DNA of 63,163 nt, filler included, from Diploschistes diacapsis (Eukaryota): NCBI GenBank assembly GCA_023645945.1. It is 23 parts of 23 records of this genome, joined end to end, with 100 filler letters (N's around TTAATTAATTAA, not from the genome) between each part and the next. Parts side by side here need not be neighbours in the genome. Positions count along the whole stretch, not along the records: positions 43,097 to 61,959 come from JALAIB010000394.1; 22 more parts are not named here. One strand, 5' to 3'. Both the position numbers and the translations under genes were made by a program. Position 1 is the first letter of the stretch. Each line of letters starts with the position of its first letter. Below, one piece after another: positions 47,982 through 61,959 of this stretch. A model generated the notes under the pieces. The model saw nothing but the letters and a program-made list of their open reading frames with translations. It ran no database searches and was not told where the DNA came from.

Positions 47982-49076
47982 TGTTGGGGTTGGGAATGCT
48001 GGGGATGTGTTTTTAAGAATGATCGGGCTGGAGGATGTTGGAAGACGGGTGGGGCTTGGAGCTACTGGGCGGATGCTGCGCCTTGTGGTCCGGGTATACC
48101 TGTAAGGCTTGGGCGAAGGAATGATCTTGATGCTAATGTGGGAAGGATGCTTTTGACACAAGGTTTCTCTGCGTGCAGATTGTCAGAAGAACTCGACGGA
48201 AAGACGTTCCAGAATATCCTGCAATGCAGCTGGTTTGGGAACCGGGCTTTGAAATATGGAACCTCGACGCTTCGTCTATTCTGCTGTCGACTGAATGCAT
48301 TTGCGACTCTTTAGAGAGGAAATCTGCCATTCCGTCCTGGAGCCTCTGGGTCAAGTAGGATAGTTGCAGGGGATAAGACATCCGGAGCATGTTTGTAAAA
48401 CGTTACTGCATGAGAAAGATGAAAGTGGAATTCTATGCTTTAAGTCTAAAAAGCTAAATAGAACCTGAATAATTCTACAAGTAAAGTTTTTGGGTAGGCC
48501 TTGTTACGCCTCTCCAAAGTCTGAACATCGGTTAAAGCAGTCACGGATGATCCTGCGAAACTGCTAAAGTCCTCCGGTTCGTAACCGATGGCTAGGGAAT
48601 AGGAAAGACCGCCAAAAATCAAAGTGCTCTAAACGAACGGCTTCAATGAACTAATCGAGGAATCTGTACATTATTAATGTTTCCTAGAGCCAAAAAGGCA
48701 AGATATTAGCCTCTTTAGTTTGCGCAATACATACTTGCTCACGCTCCAACCCAGTCAAATCCTGCGCCTTGCAACTGGACAGGGCCAAGAGCCTTTTAAC
48801 TCGATATCCCGAATCCGTGAGACATTAGTACGTCGGGACGCCGCTAATACGCTCTCGACAGCTTATCGATAAAAGGTATCTAAGCACCCTCGGTAATCTT
48901 TCCCTATTCCAACCAGACCTATGTGGATCTTCTGCACCTCTCTCCACCATAGTGTGCCCCCTATTCTTCCGCGCTCTTCCTCTAACTCTCCTGCGCTTTC
49001 CCTGTTTAGATACTTCATACAATTCTAGCCCTTGTTACACGCGTTTCTTTTGCGTTTGCTGCGCCCCCGCCTACGC

Positions 49077-50949
49077 TCACTGTCTCTTCTTCCCGCTTTT
49101 GTAGATCACGCCGTGGGAGATGAGCAGGTACTTCTTGAAGAAGTCCTCCGCGAAGTCTTCGAAGGGTATGTAGTCCGCGCCCAGCCTGTAGGCGGCCGCT
49201 ATGCCGGACACGCAGGCTAGTTCGTGCATGTTCTATCATTCAAGTCAGTCCATCGGCTCTGCCCCCGAAAAATAAACTAGAGAGTACATAGAGGTCAGGA
49301 AGGTGGTAGGAGGGCATTAGCTAAAAATGGAATGGTGAGGATCAAAGAAAAAGTTTGAGACGCATACAACAAGCGTCCAGCTCCCCGCAAACCAGCACCT
49401 TCTCTTCCCCTGAATGAACATCATCCCTGGCACGACCCTGACATAGTGCTGCCACCGGTGGCCAAGCTGATGCCACCACTTCCTCTCGATCACCTTCTCC
49501 TCGTCGATATCCTTCCACGTCCACATATCCTCGTTCTCCTTGTTCAAGAAAATACTCTGGAAAATGTGCCTCTCGTACGGTATCGGCGGTGCGTCTTCGC
49601 CCGTCTGCTCCTTGTTCTCCTGGCGGAACTGGTGCTGGTAGTTCGTGCAGTCGAAGCTCATCTCGATCTTCTTGGGGTCCTGCTCGTACGAATGCGTGTA
49701 GTACATGGGCCGATACCCGCCGGGCTCTCCCCCGGAGCCCTTGGCTTCGCCTTTTGCGAAGGCCAGCTGGTCCTCCTGCTCCTTTGAATGCGGCTTGGCC
49801 GCGAGCTTCTCGTCGAAGGAGGTCTCGTAGACTTTCGAGAAGTAGGCCGAGTCCGTGTGCGTGATGGTGATGTCGTCGTAGAACTTGGCGCCGCCAAGCA
49901 CGAACCTCTCGCGCCAGCTGGCTGTCTTGCCCAGTAGCTTTTTCGCGTCGTCGGCGAGGATGCAGAGCACCATGTCGTCAAAAGTGTCGGTAGTGGCAGG
50001 GGGCCCGGTGTAGTGACCTTTTGCGCGATCGCGTGGATCTGGGTCGAAAGAGCGCGTTTCGAGGGTTATGCCGAACTTAGACGAGCGGGAGACGATGCGG
50101 GTTACCTCGGTGCTGAGACGGATGGTGACACCTTTGGATTTCAGGTCCTCGGCCCAGTCGGCATAGAATGTCTGGAGGTGTGGAAAGGTGACCATCCGGG
50201 GAAGATTAGGGAGGAGGGTTGAGGGGTCGTAGTCCCAAAGTTTCAGGTTTGGATCGTCGAAGAGGCGCTCGAGAATGGCGCAGCAGACGTTAGCCGTTTG
50301 ATTGCCTATAAGGGAGAAGTATTAGTAAGGAATGTACGATGCTGATGGTGGTACAATAGGATGGGGCTGCAAATACCTGTGCCTAGAAAGAGCGCGATCA
50401 GAGGATAGACCATCTTGTCGCCAAAATCGGGCGTGAAAAAGAACATCCTTAACATAATGCGAATGGGTATCAGGCCTATTATGGGCATACCCCATTTAAT
50501 TATCTTGAGTACCCTGCCAAATTTCTTGATGTCGCCAGAGTAATTTTCGACCAAATTACTCGGGAAGACGTTCGTCCAGAAACTGTCCTCGCCTTTGCCA
50601 AATGCAACCTGCAGTTTGACTTCCTGTGCCTCATGTCCGTACTTTTTGAAGAAGTGGAGAGTGTGCTGGAAAGCTGGGGAGCCTCCCTGAACCCCATCGT
50701 TCATCCAGTCGGCTCCAAACTTAGACTTGTCTAATGGTATTGTCGTCGCTTGACCTCCGCAAAAGCTCATTCTCTCAACAATTGTGACATCGAACTTTTC
50801 GGGATGCTGGGCAAGGGTCGCGGCGCATGACTAGGGAATCAGCACAGATATATGGTTATCAAGTACTTATTACTGACCATGCCTGCGGCTCCAGCCCCGA
50901 TTATGACCACGCGTTTCTTCTCATTCTTGAGGAGACCTTCTAAAGACAT
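49077..50949 (-). CDS. FAD/NAD(P)-binding oxidoreductase (flavin amine-oxidase-like), 4 exons
   Basis: N-terminal VVIIGAGAAGMS dinucleotide fold, CGGQA motif and C-terminal FAGSWTLVNMHELACVSGIAAAYRLG. Confidence 0.85.
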
Positions 50950-51531
50950 TTTGACTCGCTTTACAGCACTTGAGTCCACGTTCACTTTACAAAGAAATTG
51001 CAAGAGTCACGAAAATTGGGAATAGCGCCTTGCGAGAGATCGGAAAAGAAACGGTCTAAGAGGAGAGTTACTTCACCTGAGAGCAGCTCGCTCCGTATGT
51101 GGCGCGCCATTGTGTTGTTGTTATTCATTCCCAAGCGTAACAGAAGACAGAAGAAAATGGTGACGTCTTTCACAGATCCAAATCTCGAAATTATATCCCA
51201 AAACGGTTGAACGCAAGATCGCCAAGAGATCGATTCCGACCCCTGAATCGGCTTCTGCCGAGAGTTCTTGGTTTCGTATCATTGACAGATTGATATGTAA
51301 AGCCTAGTCACCATATGTTATGTATACTAGTATGGATAGTTATATACGAGTGATTGCATGGGAATATGTCCAGTTCTAATCCATGTAAAAAAAGGCTAAT
51401 GGAGTCGTTGATCCGTAGCTATGTAAACTAGATTATAGCCCAGCCTAGCGGGCTTGATCCAAATCTGTATTTATTGATTCCTCTGTATTACAAATCGACC
51501 GCTATGCACATAGAAATTCACTCTAATCCCC

Positions 51532-54387
51532 TTACTCCGCGGCCCTAACAACCATCAAACTGGCCCCAACAACAAAATTTCCAAATCTTCCCTTTACCGC
51601 CTTCTCATTCCCTGATTGTCCATATACCATAGCACCCGCGAGGCCACCCAGCACCTTCCCCGCCTCGCTATCTATCCACCTCTCGTCCCTCCCTAAAACA
51701 TCGCTCAACCCCAGATTCTGTCCCATGACAATCAAGTCTCCTGCGTTCTTGGAAGATTGACCCAGTTCGGAGCGGGCTTTCGCCACGATTTCGGACGCAG
51801 GCGACGGGATAATACTGGTGCTGTTCTTGTCGGAAGCTATACTTTGAGGGGTAGACGAGAAGACGGAAGTAGTCTCGAAGACGACTCGCTGTGCCAGAGC
51901 AGGGGGGAGGGAATCGCGCAGTGCATAGAAGGTCGCGACCGACGCCAAAGCAGGGAGCTGGGTCATCGTAGCGGTGGCGGATTTGGAGCCTGTCTCTGGC
52001 CGAGGACTATCGAAATCGGAGATAGGATTGGACTTGGTTTTCTCTTGCTCCACCGTCACAGCATCCTGGAGTTCGAAGAGCATGACGGTCGCTGTCACAG
52101 TCGGGTTCCTTGCGAGCTGCAAAACGAGACGTAGCGCCACTTCGTCGTCCTGGGTTCCGAAGAATGGTAGGAAGACGTGGTGGCCTGGGTCTATAGGCGG
52201 AAGAATGGGTTGGGCCGTCGATATCTCCAAGTCACGTAGGCTGCGGACGGACTGTTTCCTCGAGCTGGAGCCCGCAGCAGGATTGTGGCGGGAGCCAAGG
52301 CCGTTGTCTACAAATATAGCTACATCAGACGCTGTGCGTTGTGCTAAAGTCTTGAAGAGGAAGTGGCTAAAGGCGCTGTTTCCAAAGCGCTGCTCCGCGG
52401 TTTCAGCGGAGAGGATCTGATTTTCGCTGATGGAGCCTGAAGTGCTCCAGGATAGTAACACAAGGTCCGAAGAGACGCTGCTGGCGGACTCGGCGAGCGC
52501 AGATGGGTAAGTTTCCGTCGGACATAGGAGGACTCTGCCGCGGACGGCAAGGTTTGAGATCTGGCCAAATGTGCGGAACGTGTTCAGGACGTGGTCGTGT
52601 TGCGAGTATTCTTCTAATTCTGTAACGGTCATGACGGATGATTCTCGATCTGTGAGTTCTTGAAGGCGGATACCATGGACTTGGAGAGGGCGCTTGTGGG
52701 ACACTGGCTCGGAATCTTCGGTCCGAGCTACTCGTTTGGAAGGATGGACATTTAGGTCGGGTGACTTCGAGAAAGGCTGTGAGAACATGGATACAAGGGC
52801 CAATACTCCTGGCATGGTGTCCAGGCGTAGATGGACTAAGAGTCTCGACACTTCGGTCTTGCCCAATTTGTCTGAGCCAGCTGAGCCATCTTCAGCCCTG
52901 TCGTCGCTCAGCCGGCGATTGCTCTCCCAATCGATTTCCCCTCGCTTCCAAGCTTCGAGCTTGGTCTGGTACCATGGAGGATAAAGTGCGATAACCATTG
53001 GCGTTGTTGAAAAGGTTGTGACCAGAGCCATGATGACGAAGATGGTGAAAGTACGAGTAGAAAGAATCTTTGCCTGAAGGCCAATATTCTAAGAAAGTTA
53101 GCCAAGCCCCAAAGTCCATGCTGGCAACTCTGTTACCAGTACGATGAGTTCCACAAGACCCTTGCAACTCATCAAGGATCCAATTGTCAGACTCTCCCGC
53201 CAGACCCTACCTGTCAAACGTGCTGCAATAGCTCCGCCGGAGATCTTAGTGATGAATGCAATAGCAATGACCCCAACAACATAAGCCCAGGCTATGCCGC
53301 TATTCAATAGACCCAAGTTGGTGCTCAAGCCGGAAAGAGCAAAATAAAGGGGCAGGAATAGCGCACAGACCAAGTCTTCGATCTTTTCCGTCATCTTAAT
53401 TGCAAAGCCACCATCGTGAGGAATGATCAAGCCTATTAAGAATGCACCGAAGATAGCATGAATACCAATAACCTGTGTGAAAAATGCCGAGCTTAGTACC
53501 ATGATCATGGTAAGAGCCACGATTCCTTGACTGGGCCCATTTTCAATACTACCCGTCCTGCGGAGTACCCAAAGAAACCCCGGCCGCACCGCGTAGACGA
53601 GAAGCAAAGTCCAAGCCACCGCTAGCAAGAGGACGTAAAGTGCTGTCAGCCCACTGCCCGCGTTCACAAGAGCAACGCAAAGTGCTAAAAGGATCCAGCC
53701 CACCACATCATTCGCAACACCCGCGGAAAGAACAATGATGCCGACGGGAGTATGTAGAAGCTTGAGCTCCGTCAAAATACGACACAGAACCGGAAAGGCA
53801 GTAATGGCCATTGCAACAGCAATGAAGAGCATGTAAGTGCCAAAACTAATAGGAACGAGGCCGGAATCGGTTCGGAACTCATTGTATAGTCCCCAGGCGA
53901 TCGCAGCACCGCAGCCAAAAGGTAGAATCATTCCAGCAGCTCCAACGCTCACCGCCGTCCTCCAATTGTCGACCAAAAATCGGAAGTCTGCCTCAAGGCC
54001 CACGAGGAACAGAAAGAGGACCAAGCCGAGATTCGCGACAAGATTCAGATTGGGAATTGAGGCAGTAGGGAAGATTGCGTTGGTGAAACCAGGAACATGT
54101 CCCATTACGGACGGACCAAGGATGATGCCGCCGATGATTTCTGATATTACCCGCGGCTGTCTGAGCCGTTTCAGTGGATAATGGAGCAGCCGGCAAAAGA
54201 TATTGATGATGGCCGCCTGTATAATGAACATGATAATCGGATTGCTCGAGTCATACACTGATGGATTGGAGTGCTGGAGAATGCCCTGGTTGGGGGCTCG
54301 AGCGCCATTAGTAGGCAGAGCAACGCAAGAGGACATTGCCATCGTCGACGAAGATCCGCCCTTTGTCGTCGCCGTCGCCGTCGCCAT
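51532..54387 (-). CDS. KHA1: K+/H+ antiporter (CPA2 family). Intron 53136-53089
   Basis: QPRVISEIIGGIILGPS, AITAFPVLCRIL, NDVVGW, HAIFGAF and LMSCKGLVELIVLNIG. Confidence 0.93.
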
Positions 54388-55641
54388 GGTAAGAGAATCT
54401 GTTTTACGATAACCGACTATGGAGACTTTTGGCAGTTGCAGACGCAACAGACGTAAGAGGGCAAGCTAGAAGTAATAACGGCAGCGTTACAGAATCTAAA
54501 AGGTCACGGGTGTCAGCAAATAAAGAGGCTGGCATCTTGGACCGATCGAGACCGCGGTAGCCTTCAAGGTAAGAAAGAGGGGGGCGGCACTAAAGTTGCC
54601 AAGTCCGATCCCATAGCAACAGCTTCAAAGTACGAACGAGCAAAGCATTGCAAAACAAAGCTGAACCTAACGATGCATAAAGAGACTCTGAATGAGTAGA
54701 GCGCATGGGTGGGGAGAACATGTTTTTTCGACCATTAAGGCCAATATCAACACTGTAGAGCGGCCGCTCCAATCATTTTGTATGGCCAGTTGGCTTGGAA
54801 CAAAAAGTCAGCAACACCTAAATTAATAATGCGATGTCCGCGTGCTTGTCAGAGCATCTTGGTAGTTGTTTTTCCTAGGATCTACCTTATATGCATATCC
54901 CCTTGCATTAGGACTGCCCAGGAACCCGTGCTTGCTTCACCAAAATGCGTGCGTGTATTAATAAGTTCACTGCAGGTGGGTGGATTACGCTAGCCCCCCA
55001 CGGCCCTAGATCGTTCTTCATCTAGACCATCCATCGCCCTCCAGTTTGCCCCCTGTGTACTCCTAAGGTACTACTTACTACCGTGGTGCCGATGAACAGC
55101 AACCGAAGACATCCGTCCCGTCTCCGGAGTCTGGCCATTATGGAGGTCATCTGAGCGGCCCATCTACGTGGTCCTAAGACCCGGACTCGTCTCTTGTGAC
55201 ACAGAAGGGACTTGAGTAACTGGCAAGAAAAAGATACTAAGGTGCAAGTCTCGTGCTTACTTCCTGGGACCGAGAAGTACCGACATGGGTGTAGATTCGA
55301 GTATCTTGACCAGTCTCTGGCTGCGTTATTCTGGCTGTCTAGATCCTATAGCCATAAAGCAGGGCTGCGGTTGCTTTTTTACTGAGATATGCAGTAGTGG
55401 TATAGCGGTCGAGACCTTCCGCGTGGACGGATAGCCAAGGGCTCTATACCATCCCGTTTCAACCAAAATTTCCCAATGTGATCACCTTTGATCAGAACCG
55501 TCTATCCAGCATCAAGGTAACGCAACGCTCATCTAAACACGACAGCTATTGCACCAGTGTCAAAAGAAACGAAGAGAACATGACAAGAACTTGTCAGGAA
55601 GTAAAAGACATCATTAAATCTGTATATATCCCAGGAGTAAG

Positions 55642-57741
55642 CTAGATCCACTCCGGCGGCTTCTGTGCCGGCCACAACTCTTCAACTGGCGAGGGAAATT
55701 CGAAAGGCACCCGCTGCGGGAACGCATTCTCCGGCTTGTGCTTCCGCGACGAATCTCGCCAATTCGGCGCTTTTGGAGCCTCAGCCACGGGAGCGTCGAC
55801 TGCGCTGTTGCGTGGTAGCGGCGGAAGTGACTTGTCCACTTCTCGCCTTCTCTGACTCCCCATCACCGCGAAGCTGTTGCGGAGGGATGTCGTTCGCTTT
55901 GGTCTCTGGAGTTTGAGGGTGCTGAGTGTTGGTGTTACCTTGGGCCGTTCGAATGCGACCCTAGTGGCCTGTGATGGGATCGCTTCGGTATCTGTAGTCA
56001 TAGCTGGACGGTTTGGCGAACTGGGCCGCACATATCTCATTGGGCTTAACATGCTATCGCCTAGCCCGAGGCGCGAATGTGATACTGGCTCCACCGGCGT
56101 TGGTGCGATAGGCGACAACATGTCCGCGGCTCTGTGGCTGAGCCTAAGGGCAAATTCCACGGTCTCGCTTGTTTGCGTCGAGCTATTTCGGCCGTGGCGA
56201 CTGGTAAAGAGCGGAGCTGGTGGCTCGATTGTTTCTTCGCTTTCCGTTGAGAATTCGGTCACCCAAGATTCTACTGGAAGCCGCCCAGATGCCTCAGTTG
56301 GAAAGAGAGAATATTGCGTATTTGATGGCCTCCGAGTGACAGCTGATACAAGTGGTCTTGGCATAGGAGATGGCTGTGCATTTGCTCGCGGTGAGAGAGC
56401 CGCGGTTGGTTGCTGAGGTGTGATAGGTGGCGTAAGGGGTTGAGATTGGAGTTGACGGGCCAAATTGATTTTTTGCACGTCTGTTTCTTTGATCGCCCGG
56501 CTCCATCGGCTACCTGAGCTGTCTCGCTGAAGCAAAAGAGGAGAGGATATGAATTCATGTATGTTTACGTCGTTGGGACCAAGTAATCGTATCTTGCGCT
56601 TCCCCGTCCACGGTGTCTCTCGTGGACGTATTGCAAGCCTCTCGGAGTTGACTCTTAACAATAGATGAAGTACTGCTTGTAGCAATCCGTTGAGAGTCAC
56701 CAGGATATCGGCTACCTCAGATGCTGTTCGATTGATGTTCCTCGCTACAACAGTAATCCAGAAGGGAAGTATGAATGTCTAGCCGAGTCAGCGTTGTAAG
56801 CCAAGGGCCCTTGGTTTGCTCACAAGGACTATAACATTCACGCCAAGAGCATACACAACCCTGGTCGCTGCAATACGCTCACTCTTGTCAATCTGCACAG
56901 TCTTGACTAGCTGGATGGCGAGTATCGCAGCTGTAACCAAATTTGTTAGTACCATACCAACCGTGAGCACCAGCGAAGGTTGCCCGTAGTGCAGTGTCCA
57001 CCAAAGCAAGCTCCCCCAGCACATATCCACACTTTTAGAAAGATAAGCTGCAAGCCAAAGCCCAAACATTGCGGAAACGATGGCAGCGACACACGCGGGA
57101 ACAGTCCATGTCCCTCTGGCATGGAACCGGGTTCTTCCAAAAGAACGACACATGACCTCCAAACTGAAGACGAGGATCGTAAAGGCGACAAGCCAAGATG
57201 CTGTACATGGTTAGAAAGTGCGATGCAAGACCCCCTAGTATATTACCTGGCCAGACAAGCTGCGCTGTGAGAGCACATTCTGTAGCCCACTGACTCCCTA
57301 AAGTGGTACTTTGAACCCCAATGAATATAGCGGATTGAATAACAGCGGCAACAGCTACGGCGAGAGCAAACACCTCTGCAGAGTGCAGTGAAGTCCAAAT
57401 CGATTGCTTCGTTCTAGGTAAAGTTAGTTTCATTGATGTCATGGGCAAACGGGAATCTCTTACCGTATCTTGCCATCTCGCAGCATTAGATGGGACCGCT
57501 GAAAAGAACATGCATCATACAAAATCACACAGATGACAAGGATCGATGCTGCGATACTGAACGCGGATGTAATGAGAATAGTCTGCCTGTGCTGTGTGCT
57601 CTCTTTGATAAGTAGTTGCTCGATGAAGTTGGCGAAGCTGCTGCTCGTCGCATTGTCAGGGCTATTTGTGCCAGTATTTGAGTCTCCAAAGAAGCCGCTA
57701 GGGATCAATGAGTCTCCATCTTCGAGACCGCCAGTGGACAT
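55642..57741 (-). CDS. Hypothetical 7-transmembrane GPCR-like protein with a long Ser/Pro-rich C-terminal tail, 4 exons
   Basis: Three canonical introns (~57463-57414, ~57246-57203, ~56823-56779) join the ORF pieces in frame and give seven hydrophobic segments. Confidence 0.75.
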
Positions 57742-59292
57742 TTGGGCGCACACCGGTGTAAATGCCCACGACACCAAACGACTGCTGCACTACTTGGCGC
57801 AAGCTAGCCTCAAGCTAGCCACTCGCATGAGCTCCACCGCAGATTGAAGAATGGAAAGCCCACCGCCAGCGAGTAGGAAGAAACGAAAGGAAAGGAAAGA
57901 AGAGAACCAGCTCGATGAAGAAGTGAAGGTTGGTTAGGAGAGAAAGGGACCACACCGTGTCACACAGGAAATAAAAATGATGGGGGAAGGGAAGCTTTCT
58001 GAATAGAACGGGCATAATATGAGAGCAAGCATGGCACCCCATGCCCCTGAGACAGGTCGGAAAGGAAATCATGCACACCCGCATAAGGACTAGATGCTCG
58101 CTTGAACACGCTTTTGGCAGCCTTGCTCCTGCACGTGGAGGACTGAATCAGAGACATCTGTGATCATGCTAACCGAGTTTCAGTACCGCGCTACTGTCTT
58201 AAGTTTCCCAAAGACCTTTAAACCATCATTAGTATGTACTGCTTTGTCCAAGGCGAACATTTTGGAGTCCAGAATCCACGTAGAACATGCACTTAGTAGA
58301 TGCCAAGTAGTAATTGTGATTGCGTTAGCCCCAAAGCAACGACTCTGATTGTACGCTACCTTTTGCAGAATGCCATAGCATAGGTGGCGTGAACGATGTG
58401 CAGCCTCTGAAGAGGGTGATCTCAAGATGTTCCTTGGCGGGCCGAAGCGGCTAGTTAAGCACGCAATTAATACCATGCACCAATAGAGGATTCTAGCACA
58501 GAAACCCGCTATGTACTTGGCTGGTGGTGGCCCTCCGTAGGACGGCACGGTGCGTTTGATGAGCGAGAAGAGGTGAGGTGAGGTGATATGCATGAAGCTG
58601 GATATCTGCTGAAACCTAGTGGGTCTGGGCAGCGGTTTGGGAGCACCCATTCTACTACCCCGGATTCGCATCGCTGTGATGTTGGCCACCAGAGGGGGGC
58701 CGTAGTCTTTTTGGCATGATGCCTATCGCATTATCCGTGCATCCTTCAAGGTTGCCTGACACGAGAGTAAGCAGAGGCCATTTCCCACGGCTCCAGGCCT
58801 TCCCTTCGGTCGGTAGCTTGCGACCCCATTGCTGCCCCGAGCCTTACCTGACTTTGGCAGGGCTTTGATGGAAACTGGGCTCGGTCTTCCAACAACGGTC
58901 ACTTGCAGACAGTTTGAAGCGAACCTCATTAGTATGGTAGAGCAATACAAAATCTTCTTAATGAGGGAGCCCGGCGGTTCTTTACTCCCTGTCCGAAACA
59001 GTAGCGAAACGGTAACGCTGGGTAAGATGGCCTGAAAGCCAAGAGCCAAATCCAACGGTTAGCGTGTTCAGTAGCTTTCGCTTTGCACCATGCACAGGAA
59101 TCGGGAGTTTCGCTAGTACTTGGGCGATGACTTCGTAGACGATAGGGGGTCCGGCGATTAGGTTTCGTTAGCTCTATGAGCTTAAATTTCCACCCATGCC
59201 CCGTCGGTTGGGTTGAGCCTTGGTCGGATACGTCCAAAGCTCCGGTCTATGAACACTCTCCCAGTCCCATTCAGCATGCACAGCACGGGCTC

Positions 59293-61959
59293 ATGCAGGT
59301 CCTAATCCCAAGGCCACGGTTGACGCCCCAGCTTTGCCGATCTTGTCGATATCTCCTGAGCCGCTCGAGGGATTGCTCTCGGCTTCTCTCCAATGCACGC
59401 CCCATCACCGCAAGCCTCGACCTCCAGGCATTGGACGGGAAATGGCAGAAGAGATGGAGGGAATTAGGCAAAAGCGAGGCCAAGAATGGCGCACAAAAAT
59501 CATACATTCTGGCCATGTTCCCTTATCCCTCAGGAGCACTGCATATGGGCCATCTGAGGGTGTATACCATTGCCGATGTACTTGCTCGCTTTAGGCGCAT
59601 GCAGGGCTGCAGACTGCTATACCCAATGGGCTGGGATGCTTTTGGCTTACCAGCAGAAAATGCTGCGATTGAACGAGGCCTCCATCCCGCAGTGTGGACC
59701 AAGGCTAATATTGCTAAGATGAAGGACCAACTCAAGGCAATGAATGGGGATATAGACTGGAGCAGGGTACGTGGAGGATGTGCACAGCAAATGATATATC
59801 TAGAACTAATGAAATCTCCTTTGCGCCATCCAGGAATTCATGACTTGTGATCCGAGCTTCTACAAGCATACCCAGCGGCTCTTTCTACTTCTGCACGACC
59901 ATGGCCTAGCTTATCAGGCCGAGTCCTTAGTAAATTATGACCCAGTTGACCGGACTGTCCTTGCAAATGAACAGGTCTCACATGAACTGCTTCATAATGT
60001 CGCGTGCCGGCTAACGATACCAGGTGGATGCTAATGGCTTCTCGTGGCGATCCGGGGCCAAGGTCGAGAAACTTAACCTCAAGCAATGGTTCCTGCGGAT
60101 CACTGCTTTTAAAGAAGTTCTTCTCGATGACCTTGGCCTGTTACAGAATTGGCCCGAAAGGGTGACTGCTATGCAGCGCAACTGGATCGGTCGTGCCAAA
60201 GGCGGTAAGATTAAGTTCGAAATCGTCGATGAATCTGGTGAGAGTGCTTCTGCACAACATGTCAGTGTTTTCACTACTAGACCAGATACCCTCTTTGGAG
60301 TCCAATACGTTTGCCTTTCGGCAAAGCACCCTTTAGTGGTTCGCTATTCTGAAACTGATCGAGCTCTATCCGTCTTCTTGGACTCTTTGGCCTCATTGCC
60401 AGCAGACTCCAAGCTGGGTTATAAGCTTGAAAGAGTGTATGCCAAGAATCCGTTAAGCTACTTGGAACATGCACCGGCATTTGTTGAAGAGCCTGTTCCG
60501 GTATATGTCTCGCCCTACGTATTAGAAGGCTATGGAGAGGGTGCGGTCATGGGAGTACCAGCTCACGACTCCCGCGACTGGGAATTCTGGACGCAGAATG
60601 GCAAGGGACATCCGGTGCGCCGTGTTATCCTACCGGAAAACGAGACCACGTCTATTACTCCTTCAGAATTGGACCCGGCTTTCACAGGCAAAGGAATCCT
60701 TGAAGCGTCTTGCGGGAACTACGCGGGAATGAACTCAAAGGATGCTGCACGAGACATCATATCTGATCTTGCCAAAGTCGGGAATTTGGCTGAGGCGAGG
60801 GAAACTTGGAGGCTGCGAGACTGGCTGATCAGCCGACAAAGATACTGGGGCACGCCAATACCCATAATCCATTGCGGCAACTGTGGCGCAGTCCCGGTGC
60901 CCATCGACCAGCTTCCTGTGGAGTTACCAAACATTGATGGAAGCTCATTCAGGCACAGAGCAGGGAATCCTCTTGATAATGCTTACGACTGGGTCAACAC
61001 TTCTTGTCCGAAATGCTCAGGTCCAGCTAGACGAGATACCGATACAATGGACACATTCATGGACTCTTCATGGTATATGTTCCGCTTCGTGGATCCTAGA
61101 AATAAAGATGAACCATTTTCTCCCAACCAAGCCGAGCTCAACATGCCCGTCGATATCTACCTCGGTGGCATAGAGCACGCAATCCTGCATCTCCTCTACG
61201 CCCGCTTCATTGGCAAGTTCCTCGCAACGACTCCTCTCTGGCCGTCCGGTGCTAGCCCCGAGATCCGAGGCGAGCCTTTCAAACAGCAAATAAGCCAAGG
61301 CATGGTGCACGGCATGACCTTCTCAGACCCCGACACAGGCCGCTTTCTCCGCCACGATGAGCTCGACCTCACCAATCCCGCCCACCCGAAGATTCTCTCC
61401 TCCGGCCAAGCGCCAAACATCAGTTTCGAGAAGATGAGCAAATCCAAGCACAACGGCGTCGACCCCTCGTCCTTCATCGCCAAGTATGGCGCCGACGTAA
61501 CCAGAGCACACATGCTCTTCCAAGCCCCCATCGCCGACGTCCTCGAATGGGAAGAGGAGCGCATAGCCGGCGTCCAGCGGTGGCTGGCGCGCCTCCTACG
61601 CCTCACGCAGAATGTCGCCGCCACGCTAGCCAAACACGTGCCCGCGGAACGGACGCCCGAGCAGCCCTTCCCCTTCCCCGCTCCCGCGGCGAACCGTCTC
61701 TCCAAGTCCGAAGGAGCGCTCTACCTGGCCTGCCAGCGCACCATCGCCTCGGTGACCACGTCCCTAGAAAAGACGCATGCCCTGAACACGTGCATCTCGG
61801 ACCTGATGTCCCTGACAAACACCCTTGCTTCTGCCCAGACCAAGTCGCCCTCCTCCTCCTCCTCCTCCTCCTACGCCTCCGCCTCTTCTTCCTCCTTTGA
61901 CGCCATCCACCCCTCCACCCTCTACCACACCAGCAGCTCCCTCGCCCGCCTCCTCGCCC
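59293..61959 (+). CDS. NAM2: Mitochondrial leucyl-tRNA synthetase (3' truncated). Exons 59293-59766, 59834-59974, 60024-61959
   Basis: [48 protein letters not shown] and KMSKS, with an Arg/Leu/Ser-rich presequence. Confidence 0.95.

Noticed and set aside
57815..59237. Short ORFs between the 7-TM gene and LeuRS
   Set aside because: No motifs, codon bias or consistent splice model. Treated as divergent promoter and UTR.
43097..61959. Gene contigs as transposon-flanked islands, Starship cargo or a biosynthetic cluster
   Set aside because: The flanking repeats belong to unlinked contigs, the genes are mostly housekeeping, and no tyrosine recombinase, PKS or NRPS is present.
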